A stretch of DNA of 37,943 bases, taken from assembly GCF_001194135.2 (NCBI RefSeq), contig NC_068983.1, forward strand, positions 43,923,117-43,961,059, given 5' to 3'. Within the stretch, counting starts at the first letter, position 1. Every line of letters begins with the position of its first letter. A model generated the notes under the pieces. It was not told the DNA's origin, searched no databases, and was given only the letters and a program-made list of their open reading frames with translations. Shown here one piece after another: positions 1 through 10,607 of this stretch. The stretch is from Octopus bimaculoides (Eukaryota). Both the position numbers and the translations under genes were made by a program.

Positions 1-890
1 AGTTCCGTGGTTCACTACCTCAACAGCTCCTTTATAGGATCCAGTGGCTTAAGACATCAAGAGGAACCATGTCTGTTTTCAGCCCCTACTCCTCTACCAT
101 TTTCAACATGGCACCTCCCCACCTTTTGAAGGATCTTCAGCTCTACAGTCAAATGCATTTTTCCTTTCTCTCTTTTTCTTTGGCCTTTTGTTCTTTGGAT
201 GCAGCTTCAACGAATGTCAGTGGGTGAATGACCATCCCACCAAATTCCCTTTAAATACTCTCCAGTAGGCTCCAGCAGCCAGCACCAGCTAACTGTCATG
301 TGACACTATCTAAGCTTCAACTGACCAATGGAGGGGAAGGACACATAGTTTTGGCCTGCGCCCTCTCTAAACCTACCTTCCAACAGCATGGATGTAGCTA
401 AACTAATACCCCCACCATAAATTGCTGGCCTTGTGCCAAAATTCGAAACTAATACTATACCTGCTGTGCCAAAGACTGTGTCTTGGTATATTCTAAGCCA
501 CATACTGTGTAAATAAAACAAAATGTCTATAACATCGTACACGTGTAAAAGCTATAACCATCCATTTTACTAATTATGTGTGTCATTAGTTATACATATA
601 TGTAAATATAATTGTCATTTGTTTCTCTCGTTAAAGAAATTGATTTGTAATGAGCCAGAAATGTTCTGCTGTATTATGTTAATTTGTTGCCGAATAAGGA
701 ATGGGTTAAAGAGGAAATATTTAGGAAAACAAAAGAATCTTAGAATCTTTTGCAATGGAGAAAATGGATTTCAAAGTGATGTTCTTTGCAGGACATACTT
801 TTATACATAATTACCTCTATTTTCATTTTGTTTTTATATACACACACACATGCACATATATGCATGTATGTATATATATGTTTCTGTATG

Positions 891-962
891 AGCCCCCAGT
901 CCAACCATGCCAGCATGGAACAGGGATGTTAAATGATGTTGGTAATGATAATGATGATGATG
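891..962 (+). mobile_element. Short RTE-LINE 3' end fragment with degenerate (GAT)n tail
   Basis: ccaaccatgccagcatggaa...gttaaatgatg matches the terminus of the family copies elsewhere in the window. Confidence 0.6.
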
Positions 963-972
963 GTGCGCGTGT

Positions 973-1011
<39 letters not shown>

Positions 1012-1278
1012 TGCATGCATGACAGTGTAATTTGTGGTTGTTAAAATGATCAGGAATTCCTTAAAGAAGTAAACCAGCATTAGAACTATGTTCCCTGAAC
1101 TTGATAGAAATCATAGCCAATTGTCCCTCAAGCATTCTGATGAAAGATCTGTTAGGTGTTGACTGTCCCGGGGTTAAACAACAACAAAAATTTTCTGAAT
1201 AAAATAATCCATTCAAAATTTCCTTTCATAAATTTGCATAATTAATTTGTTTAAGTGTTATTCCTTCCATTGGTTAAC

Positions 1279-1560
1279 TCATCATCATCATTGTCACCAT
1301 CATCATCATCATCATTGTCTTCATCATCATCATTGTCACCACCATCATCATGCCTGCTTTTCATGACAAGTTGGACAGATCATTATGGTCTGAACCAAAT
1401 CTTATTTGGAGTTATTATTCTTCCAGATGAGTAGAAGACAACATCTTACTTGTGTGTTACATTGTGGGTGTAGTTTTTCAACTGGATGCCCTTCCTAACA
1501 CCAGCCACTTTCCAGAGTGCACTGGGCTGCATTTTATCATAGCACCATCACTACAGAGGT
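1279..1560 (-). mobile_element. Degenerate RTE-LINE 3' end
   Basis: (CAT)n tail at left; actggatgcccttcctaacaccagccact family core. Confidence 0.6.
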
Positions 1561-1699
1561 TGCCATGTCTCAAGTAAAACCAAAGACACCTCTGTGCTCT
1601 GCATCATATGCACTAAAGTGACTCCCACTTCCAGCAAGGCTAAAGAGAGACGTCTTTGTGTTGTACTTTGTCATTCATTCCTTTCACTCAACAACTAGG

Positions 1700-2045
1700 T
1701 GAGAGGAGAGCTAAAGTGGAAGCATGATAGAAGAAAGAGTAATGGAAAAAGACCAGAATATTAGAAGTGAGTGGGGAGAGAAAGTAGAAGGTATAATTAA
1801 AGAGAAAAGAATGTCAGAGAGCTGCATGAGAGTTGTTGGTGAGGAGGTTGAGTTAAAGCAACATGTTCAAGAAGGAATAATAGAGAAAAATCAGATCAAG
1901 GGGGTGATACAGGAGAAAGGACCACAGTATGAGGTGATACAAGAGAAAATAATATAGAGTACTAGTGAGAGGGGAACAGGAGGGTAACAAAATAGAGTAT
2001 AAATAGAGTGAGAGGGAGAGAGAGAGAAAGAGAGAGAGTATGTGT
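1700..2045. repeat. Purine-rich low-complexity tract ending in (GA)n
   Basis: Strong A/G bias on the + strand. Confidence 0.7.
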
Positions 2046-2821
2046 GAAAGTGACTGATACAACCACAAGAGATTGGAAAACAGACAATTGGTGCCTGATG
2101 CAGCTCTCTAGCTTGCTAGCTCCTGTCAAACCATCCAATCCATGCCACCATGGAAAACAGACGTTAAATGATGATGATGATGTGTTATATGAGGTGAGCA
2201 GAGAGGATTGTGTATTTTGCTGTCATCTATTTTGAGAGTGGATGTGAAATCCTTAACTTCTAGGTTAATACAATTATAAATATCAACATGGAATTTTTTT
2301 ATACATATATGTTCTGGAGATGCAATGAGATAATAATCTTTATAAACATTTTTTCTTTTAATCTAAACGATAAAGATTTCTCTGTGTTTATCAGAATTAA
2401 TAGATATCTTATCTTGGTTAGCCTAGAAATTCTTGTTACTCTTTTAAATGGCTCTGGAATTTGTTGTTCAGTTTCCAGAACTTGACATTTTTTATTAGAT
2501 TAAATAAATCCATTTCAAATAATTCCAGATGTTTGTTTGGAACTGGATTTTGAGTGTCTTGGTTCCATTCTAATCTTACCCATCTGTACCTGGTTCTCTC
2601 TTATCAAAGATGTAGGCTTTCAATCTCATTCTCTGGATGAAATTTTCTATGTTTATTTTTTTAAAGAATGCTTTTAAATGATATTTCACAGAAGAAACAG
2701 GGACAATAGTTGAAGAGTGTAAAAGATTGTTTTGCATTCAGCTGTTTCAATCTGTTTTATTTCTTTATGATGAGCAGTGATGGATGGCATCACTGTAAAC
2801 ACTTAGACATGAAGATTTCAC

Positions 2822-3150
2822 AAGAGAGAGAGAGGGAAGAGAGGGGAGGAAAAGAGGGAGTTGGAGGAGGGGAAGTGAGAGGGGAGGATAGAAGTGAGAG
2901 GAATGGGAGTGTACGATGGAGGGGAGTGCGAGAGGGAAGGGAGTGTGAGAGGGAGGGGAGTGTGAGAAGGAGGGGAGTGTGAGAGGGAAGGGAGTGTGAG
3001 AGGGAGGGGAGTGTGAGGAGGGGAGTGTGAGAGGGATAGGAGTGCAAGAGGGAGGAGTGAGAATGAGGTTGAGAGAGAGGTGGAGAAAGAGAGAAAGAGA
3101 GTGATAGGAAGTGAAAGAGAGAGAAAAGGAGTGAGAGAAAGAGAGAGAAA
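2822..3150. repeat. G-rich minisatellite (~17-18 bp unit GGGAGTGTGAGAGGGA[A/G]) in a polypurine tract
   Basis: Repeated gggagtgtgagaggga units at ~2920-3050. Confidence 0.85.
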
Positions 3151-3247
3151 GTTCTAAGCATGTTTTGAAATTTAACAATATTTTTTCTCATCATGCATTC
3201 ACTTGTTCACATTCTTCTGTTGGGGCAAGTGAAATTGAAATTCAATG

Positions 3248-3750
3248 ACTGGCACTTGTGCCAATGGAGCACTAAGAGCACTGTGTGGCTTCCGTGCCAG
3301 TGGCACGTAAATAGTACCATTTGAGTGTGATCGTTACCAGCATCGCCTTACTGGCACTTGTGCCGGTAGTACATCAAAAAACATTCAAGCGAGGTCATTG
3401 CCAGTGCCACTGGACAGGCTCCAATGCAGGTGGCACATAAAAAACACCATTTTGAGTGTGGCCGTTGCCAGTACCGCCTGACTGGCCTTCATGCCGGTGG
3501 CATGTAAAAGCACCCACTACACTCTCGGAGTGGTTGGCGTTAGGAAGGGCATCCAGCTGTAGAAACTCTGCCAAATCAGATTGGAGCCTGGTGTCGCCAC
3601 CTGGTCCNNNNNNNNNNGGGCATCCAGCTGTAGAAACTCTGCCAAATCAGATTGGAGCCTGGTGTCGCCACCTGGTCCACCAGTCCTCAGTCAAATCGTC
3701 TAACCCATGCTAGCATGGAAAGCGGACATTAAACGACGATGATGATGATG
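3248..3750 (+). mobile_element. RTE-LINE 3' UTR copy with internal tandem repeats and (GAT)n tail
   Basis: Tandem gtgcc[a/g]gtggca[c/t]gtaaa units, then cactctcggagtggttggcgttaggaagggcatccagctgtag core, ending gacattaaacgacgatgatgatg. Confidence 0.85.
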
Positions 3751-4829
3751 AGGAGGATTGATATTAGGTTATACCTTTGTATTCTCTTGTGCCACATCCT
3801 TAAAAACAACATCCAACATCTGTCGGGTGTTATTGTTGAACACCATAAAGACAGTGCCTACTTTTTTTCTGTCAGGATACAAAGAGAAACAGAGACCTAA
3901 TGAGTGAGAGGTGTCGATTATCAGAACCACGAGAGCTCTAAGCAGCAGACTGTTATTTTGATCTGGATTCTTGAGAGGAGGAATTTTCATTAATGTAACG
4001 CTGATATATCTAGCTTAGTGTCCTCATCATCAGGGTTTTTATTGTCATAGGAAACAATGGCATAGAGAATATTAGCACAGACTAAGGGCCAAGTATCGAG
4101 TGTAGTTGTTTATCTAGTGGGCGTCAGTTCAGTCCCTGGATCGGTCAAGCTACATAAATATATTATTATTATTTAAAACAGTTTGATCTGGTTCCATGCA
4201 ACTTAAAGTTTTGTCGATTTCATACAGAAACCTAGCTCATCCATGCTCAGATTACTTCATATATACATATGTATATATNNNNNNNNNNNNNNNNNNNNNN
4301 NNNNNNNNNNNNNNNNNNNNNNNNNNNNNNNNNNNNNNNNNNNNNNNNNNNNNNNNNNNNNNNNNNNNNNNNNNNNNNNNNNNNNNNNNNNNNNNNNNNN
4401 NNNNNNNNNNNNNNNNNNNNNNNNNNNNNNNNNNNNNNNNNNNNNNNNNNNNNNNNNNNNNNNNNNNNNNNNNNNNNNNNNNNNNNNNNNNNNNNNNNNN
4501 NNNNNNNNNNNNNNNNNNNNNNNNNNNNNNNNNNNNNNNNNNNNNNNNNNNNNNNNNNNNNNNNNNNNNNNNNNNNNNNNNNNNNNNNNNNNNNNNNNNN
4601 NNNNNNNNNNNNNNNNNNNNNNNNTATTAATTCAATTTAAAACCAAGTGGCCTAACATATAAAAAAATCTGAAAATTCAGAAAAAATTGTATTACATGTG
4701 TATAAGGGATGACCACTAGGTGGACATCTAATATGCTAAAAAGAGGTCATCAACGACCCAACCACAAAGAAAAATAATGTTCTCCAGAAAAATTTGTCCT
4801 GTTCTGGTGTTTTTGCGAAACCCTGATGT

Positions 4830-5228
4830 GTCGGGTGATATGATATGCTTGAGAAGACCTGTTGAGTCAAGTATAACCAATATCATAGCCTTGACTGGCT
4901 CCCGTGCTGGTGGCATGTAAAAAGCACCACCTGAACGTGGGTGATACCAGTAACCCCTGACTGGCCCCTGTGACAGTGGCATGTAAAAAGTGCTATCCAA
5001 ACGTGATCAATGCCAGGGCCCCCTGGCTGGCTCCTGTGCTGGTGGCACGTATAAAGCACACACTACACTCTCAGAGTAGTTGACGTTAGGAAGGGCATCC
5101 AGCTGTAGAAATATTGCCTGATTGGAGTGGAACCTGGTGCATCCACTGGCTCTCCAGACCTCAGTCAAACTGTCCAACCCATGCCAGCACCAAAAACGGA
5201 CGTCAAACGATGATGATGATGATTATTA
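4830..5228 (+). mobile_element. RTE-LINE 3' end
   Basis: gcttgagaagacctg (end of ORF2 region), tandem units, core and (GAT)n tail. Confidence 0.8.
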
Positions 5229-5593
5229 TTATTTCACCTCAGAAAAGAACAATCAAAATGATAAGAATTTTAAAGAAACAAAAGGCGAAGAAGAAAAACA
5301 ACAGAAAGTGAAAAATAAGTTCATGATTTGAAGCAGACATTCCAGCAACATGATTAACATTCCACACATTGCTACACACACACACACACACACAAAACAA
5401 AATACAATATGTAGTCTTTTGTTACAAAAGGTAATGAAATAGAGCAGCAACAGCAGCAAGTCGAATGATCTGGATCACCTGAGACATGACATCAACATAC
5501 CACAACTGATGATGATGATGATGATGACGATGATGACAATGAAGGCAACAAAAACAATATAGTACAGTGTCATTCTATACAAAGTATTTTAGT

Positions 5594-5885
5594 GTAGGCT
5601 GTGTGGTAAGAAGTTTGCTTCCCAACCACATGGTTCCATGGTTCAGTCCCACTGCATGGCACCTTCGCCAAGTGTCTTCTACTATAGCCCTAGGCTGACC
5701 AAAGCCTTGTGAATGAATTTGGTAGAAGAAAACTGAAAGAAGCCCATCGTGTATGTGTGTGTGTGTGTGTGTCTGTGTTTGTCCCTCACCACTGCTTGTC
5801 CTTCACCAATGTTGTTGTGTTTATGTTTCCCATAACTTAGCAGTCCAACAAAAGAGACTGAGAGAATAAATGCCAGATTTAAAAA
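5594..5885 (+). mobile_element. tRNA-derived SINE, family A (CORE-like centre, internal TG microsatellite)
   Basis: A-box-like gctgtgtggtaag, B-box-like ggttcagtccc, ggcacctt..caagtgtcttctactatagcc centre, (TG)n, partial tail. Confidence 0.8.
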
Positions 5886-6001
5886 AAGAAAGTACTGTAG
5901 TTAATCCACATAAGATTTTTTGTAATAAATTGGTCATATTTAGAAATAATACATTTCTAAATCTCTCAGAGAGATTTATACAGTAGTGATATGATGAAGT
6001 A

Positions 6002-6337
6002 GTTGTATGCTGTCAACTTAATGTGACAGTCCCCTGAAGGGAATAATACTACTGTTGTTTAGACCTAGGAAGCTGCACCACTTCCTGTCGGCCTTGAAAC
6101 ATTTCCTGTGTCCTTATATTTACAAGGGGGCTACTACAGACTGATGACAAGCAAAGACTCAGAAACATGTCTCTGGATGCAGGCTTAGCTGGGTGGAGGT
6201 GCTTGTCTCCCCCTTGTAAACATAAGGACACAGGAAATGTGTCAAGGCTGACAGGAAGCAGTGCAGCTTCCTAGGTCTAAACAACAGTAGTATTATTCCC
6301 TTCATGGGACAGTCACATTAAGTTGACAGCATACAAC
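6002..6337. mobile_element. Foldback MITE with ~130 bp inverted arms flanked by TA
   Basis: 6001-6130 is the reverse complement of 6209-6338 with 7 mismatches by manual alignment; TA at 6000-6001 and 6338-6339. Confidence 0.8.
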
Positions 6338-6584
6338 TAAATTGGTCATACTTGTGCAATATACAAGATACGTTTTTATACAATCCCTAATAATATTTAA
6401 TCCTTTAGAATTCTGATGTAATGCTTATTTGTTTACACTATTCTGAGTTAATCATGCATTATGTTGTAGCTTTGAGATTTTGGTGAGGTGATTGAATATT
6501 TGTACAGTAATATGGCATGGTAGGTGTCAGCAGTTGGACCTGGCTGGTTTGAACATAAAACTGGTAGAATATGCTAGAGGGTTA

Positions 6585-6890
6585 ATTCATCATCATCATC
6601 ATCGTTTAGTGTCTGCTTGCATGGTTTGACTGAGGACTGGCAAGCCAGGCAGCTGCACCAGGCTCCAATCTGATCTGACAATGTTTCTACAGCTGGATGC
6701 CCTACCTAACGCTAACCACTCTAAGAGTGTAGTGGGTGCTTTTTACATGCCACTCAGGCAGTACTGGCATCGACCACATTTGAATGATGCTTTTTATGTG
6801 TCACCGGCATGGGAGCTAGTCAGGTGGCACTGGCAACAACCACACTCGAATGGTGCCTTTTACGTGCCACCAGCATGGGAGTCAGTCATA
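6585..6890 (-). mobile_element. RTE-LINE 3' UTR copy
   Basis: (CAT)n tail, reverse-complement core, tandem units. Confidence 0.8.
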
Positions 6891-6934
6891 CACATATACA
6901 TATGTATGTAAGTATATATATAAAATATATATAT

Positions 6935-7490
6935 CATCATCGTTCAACATGTTTTCCATGCTGGCATGGGTTAGATGGTTTGACAGGAGCTGGCCAGACT
7001 CCAATTTGTCTGTTGTGATATGGTTTCTAAGGTGGGATGCTCTTCCTAATGCCAACCACTTTATAGAGTGAGCTGAGTGCTTTTTATGTGCCTCCATGCA
7101 GCACTGGACAAGTGCATATTACACGGCACCAGTGCAAGTGCATTTTACGTGGCACCAGTATCTGCAAAAGACATGCCTGTAAGTATGGATGACCATAATT
7201 TTACTTAGAATAACATGTCTTCTTAAGTACAGCAAATCGCCACAACTCCCAGTCCCTTCTCATTTTCTCAGTGAGGTTCAGCCTCTGAAAATCCTTCCTC
7301 ACCACTTTGTCCTGGGTCTAATCCTTTCACAGGTTCCCTCTACAATTAGACTTTGACACTTCTTTAACCAACTGTCCTCATCCATATGCATGACATGATC
7401 AAACCAGTATAGTCTTCTCTCTTGCACACAGCATCTGATGCCTCTTATACCTAGTTTTCCTCTTAAATCTTTTACACTGTCATGTATATA
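6935..7490 (-). mobile_element. 5'-truncated RTE-clade LINE: ORF2 C-terminus plus 3' UTR and (GAT)n tail
   Basis: Translation LRGKLGIRGIRCCVQERRLYWFDHVMHMDEDSWLKKCQSLIVEGTCERIRPRTKW resembles the RTE ORF2 RLRW-GHV-RM...RGRP..TW motif; contiguous with the family 3' UTR. Confidence 0.8.
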
Positions 7491-7499
7491 TGGCTGTTG

Positions 7500-7686
7500 T
7501 GTCAGTGTCACGTAAAAAGCACCCACTACACTCTTGGAGTGGTTGGCGTTAGGAAAGGCATCCAGCTGTAGAAATATTGCCAGATCAGATTGGAATCTGG
7601 TGCAGCAGCTGGCTCTCCAGACCTCAGTCAAACCGTCCAGCCCATACCAGCATGAAAAACAGACACTAAACGATGATGATGATGAT
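7500..7686 (+). mobile_element. RTE-LINE 3' end
   Basis: Family core and (GAT)n tail. Confidence 0.85.
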
Positions 7687-7699
7687 ATATATATTCTTT

Positions 7700-7734
<35 letters not shown>

Positions 7735-7859
7735 ATAAACCTACATACATACAGATATATCTATATATACATACACATATACATACACACATGTTTATGC
7801 ATATATATATATATGTGTGGTATGTGTGTCTTATGTATACCTTTGTATTGATATCATGT

Positions 7860-8058
7860 TATATAAGCAATATAGTTCATTTCCAGTCTTCTGTGAAAAC
7901 ATGTCTGGCCATAAGGAAATATTACCTTGCCTGGAAACAGGTGAGTGTTGGTGACAGGAAAGGCATCTGGCTGCAGAAAATCTGTCTCAACAAATTCTGT
8001 ATCATGCAAGCATGCATGGAAACAGACATTAAAATGATGACAATGACGATGATGATGA
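7860..8058 (+). mobile_element. Second (GAT)n-tailed retroposon 3' module
   Basis: ggaaatattaccttgcctggaaacaggtgag...ggtgacaggaaaggcatc...gacattaaaatgatg; related copies at ~16830-17100(-), 19940-20050, 20410-20490, 30930-31030(-). Confidence 0.65.
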
Positions 8059-8393
8059 AAGAAACCTTACTAATTGATTAGGTTTAATTATTAAAATTAT
8101 GTAGATTCCATGGAAGACCATTCTGTATAAAACCTGTAAAGAAGATCAAAAGCAAGATTTATTTGTGATGTTTTATTTGAGATTGTTGCATTAATGTTTG
8201 ATATTGGCTATCAAAGAAATACCAACACTGTTAATGGAGGTTTTTGCTTCTATGTTGAAAGTGTGTTCATTCTGTCGTTAAAATTTTAAAAAAAAAAGAA
8301 GAAATGTTTCACAGATTTCCTAAAAATACAAAAATATTGATATAAAAACTTCAGAATAAATTGTAATAATAACAATAATAATAATAATAATAA

Positions 8394-8630
8394 TTGTCAT
8401 CTGAGCATTGGGTTCAGTACCATCCAATCTGAAAAAAACATCTGAAAACCTTAGAGATACCCTACAATCTAGGTGTATTGCAAAAATCGGCATTACTTGG
8501 AACTGCATGCATATTGCATAAAGTACTGTCCGTCTGAGGTCCTTGTTGTGACTTGACAAATAGTACAAACCCCCGGTAGACACAATATCTTCAATCAACA
8601 ACCTCACAATATTGTATACTGTGTGACATC

Positions 8631-8631
<1 letters not shown>
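8394..8631 (+). mobile_element. R4/Dong-like RLE LINE 3' fragment between (AAT)n tracts
   Basis: Translates ALGSVPSNLKK..[shift]ENLEIPYNLGVLQKSALLGTACILHKVLSV*; (AAT)n on both sides. Confidence 0.75.
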
Positions 8632-8674
<43 letters not shown>

Positions 8675-8691
8675 TTTTATTAATTTGTATG

Positions 8692-8750
<59 letters not shown>

Positions 8751-8919
8751 ACACACACACACACATATATATTCATTTATATTTAGAAGAAGCAACAGAG
8801 TGACTCAAGGTCTGAGAGTTTCATGCATTGGCACTTGGGTGCCAACACATGAGTCATTCTGTTGCTTCTGCTGGGTATTGGTGAAAATATACATATACTT
8901 GTAATTTGAGTTCTAGTTT

Positions 8920-9062
8920 TCCTGTAAACACACCCTGGTGTCACACAAATGGCACCTGTGCCGGTGGCATGTAAAAGCACCCATTACACTCTCGGAGTGG
9001 TTGGCGTTAGGAAGGGCATCCAGCCATAGAAAACCGTGCCAAATCAGACTGGAGCCTGGTGC
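8920..9062 (+). mobile_element. Partial RTE-LINE 3' UTR
   Basis: gtgccggtggcatgtaaaagcacccattacactctcggagtgg core. Confidence 0.75.
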
Positions 9063-9269
9063 TGTTTATCTTGATATGAGGTCACCATGTCGCGCACATA
9101 TGGTTGTGATGCATGTGGCTGGTGTACCCTTATCAGACGGGTAGTCATGATGGGTNNNNNNNNNNATGGTTGTGATGCATGTGGCTGGTGTACCCTTATC
9201 AGACGGGTAGTCATGATGGGTATATTGGGCTTTGTATATTTGTACCCCAGTGTCACTTTGAGTATTATC

Positions 9270-9344
9270 TGTCTGAGATCCTTGTTGCGACTTGACAGAT
9301 GACTAAAGGCTCCGGTGCATTTCTACCTACACTGTGTTACGAAG

Positions 9345-9345
<1 letters not shown>
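9270..9345 (+). mobile_element. R4/Dong-like 3' UTR fragment followed by (AAT)n
   Basis: tctgtctgagatccttgttgcgacttgac matches 8528-8557 (post-stop region of the copy above). Confidence 0.55.
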
Positions 9346-9379
<34 letters not shown>

Positions 9380-9689
9380 GTAATATTAATAATAATAATA
9401 GAAATAATATTCACACAAACATTTATATATTGTTATTGTTTTCATATTGAGTTACAAAATCATCAAATACATTATGGTGTTGTTCAATATTTGTTTTTTA
9501 TGAAAGTTTATGGACAAAACAGCTACCTGCATAAATTACTAACGATATGATAACCAATAATAATAACAATAATAATAGTAATAATAATGACAATTTCTTT
9601 ATTAACCGCAAAAGGTTTACAATTAGAAATGGCACAGTATGATGATAATAATAATAATAATAACAATATCAATTCCATCATTTTATTGT

Positions 9690-9820
9690 ACAAGAGTCAC
9701 CTATGTAATCAGCAAGCAGAAAGCATTGAGCGTATTGTAAGCAGGTTGCAAAATGTCGGTTCAGAAAGACTACAAGCAACATCAGGATAACAAGATAATG
9801 TTTGTCTCAATTTACACTGG
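9690..9820 (+). mobile_element. R4/Dong-like LINE internal fragment (region after the zinc knuckle)
   Basis: With frameshifts reads ESIERIVS-CKM..QKDYKQ...DNVCLNLHW, homologous to QEEYKKWRNDQVVKVLHW at 12530; preceded by (AAT)n. Confidence 0.55.
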
Positions 9821-9945
9821 TTCAGTCCCACAACGTGGTACTTAAAGCAGTGTCTTCTACTGTAGCCTCAGGCCAGCCAAAGCCTTGTGATTTGATCTGG
9901 TAGACGGAAACTGAAAAAAAGCTCATTGTATGTGTGTGTGCATGT
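9821..9945 (+). mobile_element. SINE family A, partial
   Basis: ttcagtcccac...gtgtcttctactgtagcc...ggtagacggaaactgaa. Confidence 0.7.
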
Positions 9946-10005
9946 GCACATGCGTATGTGTTTATATAGGTGTGTATAGATATTTTTTTTTTTCTTATCT
10001 TATTG

Positions 10006-10048
<43 letters not shown>

Positions 10049-10398
10049 CAAATGTCACTAAATGTAACTAGGGTGTTAGGAAACACCTACATTGCTAGAA
10101 ATAAGAGCTAAATCACTTTAATGCTGTAGTTGATGCACATGAATGAAATCATATACATTAACAGGGACCATAGCCATCTGAAAGTGCTGATCGAGAATTC
10201 TTAATATTGCCGCATCAGTTTCAGCAATTTCCGTTGCCTCATCAGTTAAGACAGCTCAGCACTTTTCAGGTGATTATGGTCCCTGTTAGTGTATATGTTT
10301 TCATTCATGTGCATCAACTATAACATTAGAATGATTTAGCTCTTATCTGTAGCAATGCAGGTGTTTCCTAACACCTTAGTCACATTTAGTGACGTTTG
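10049..10398. mobile_element. Foldback MITE with ~145 bp inverted arms, TA|CAAA...TTTG|TA
   Basis: 10047-10190 aligns to the reverse complement of 10256-10400 (roughly 85-90% by eye); TA at both ends. Confidence 0.8.
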
Positions 10399-10607
10399 TA
10401 ATTCTCCTTTTTGGTGAAACATTGCAAACTGCTGTTTATATTAATTTATATATATATAGTTTCCCTAAAACTATATATTTATATATATTTTACTTTGTAA
10501 AGCTCAATTTAATTTAAATTTTTTATAAATTGATTTTAATTGAGTTTTTACCTGTAATTTTGGATTTTGTCCCTAATATGATATATATATATATATATAT
10601 ATATATA

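Noticed and set aside
1-300. GC-richer stretch with partly open minus frames (FVEAASKEQKAKEKERK)
   Set aside because: Stops in all frames and no recognisable family.
3248-3515. Repeat array superficially like CRISPR
   Set aside because: Eukaryotic context, no unique spacers, no cas genes; part of a LINE 3' UTR.
3560-3670. Apparent tandem duplication inside the RTE copy; likewise at 9098-9220, 22520-22730 and 28165-28250
   Set aside because: Each duplicate straddles a 10-N gap, typical of overlapping contig ends left unmerged.
3769-4110. 73-aa minus ORF and neighbouring frame (WPLVCANILY) hinting at a decayed RT
   Set aside because: Too few motif residues to support a call.
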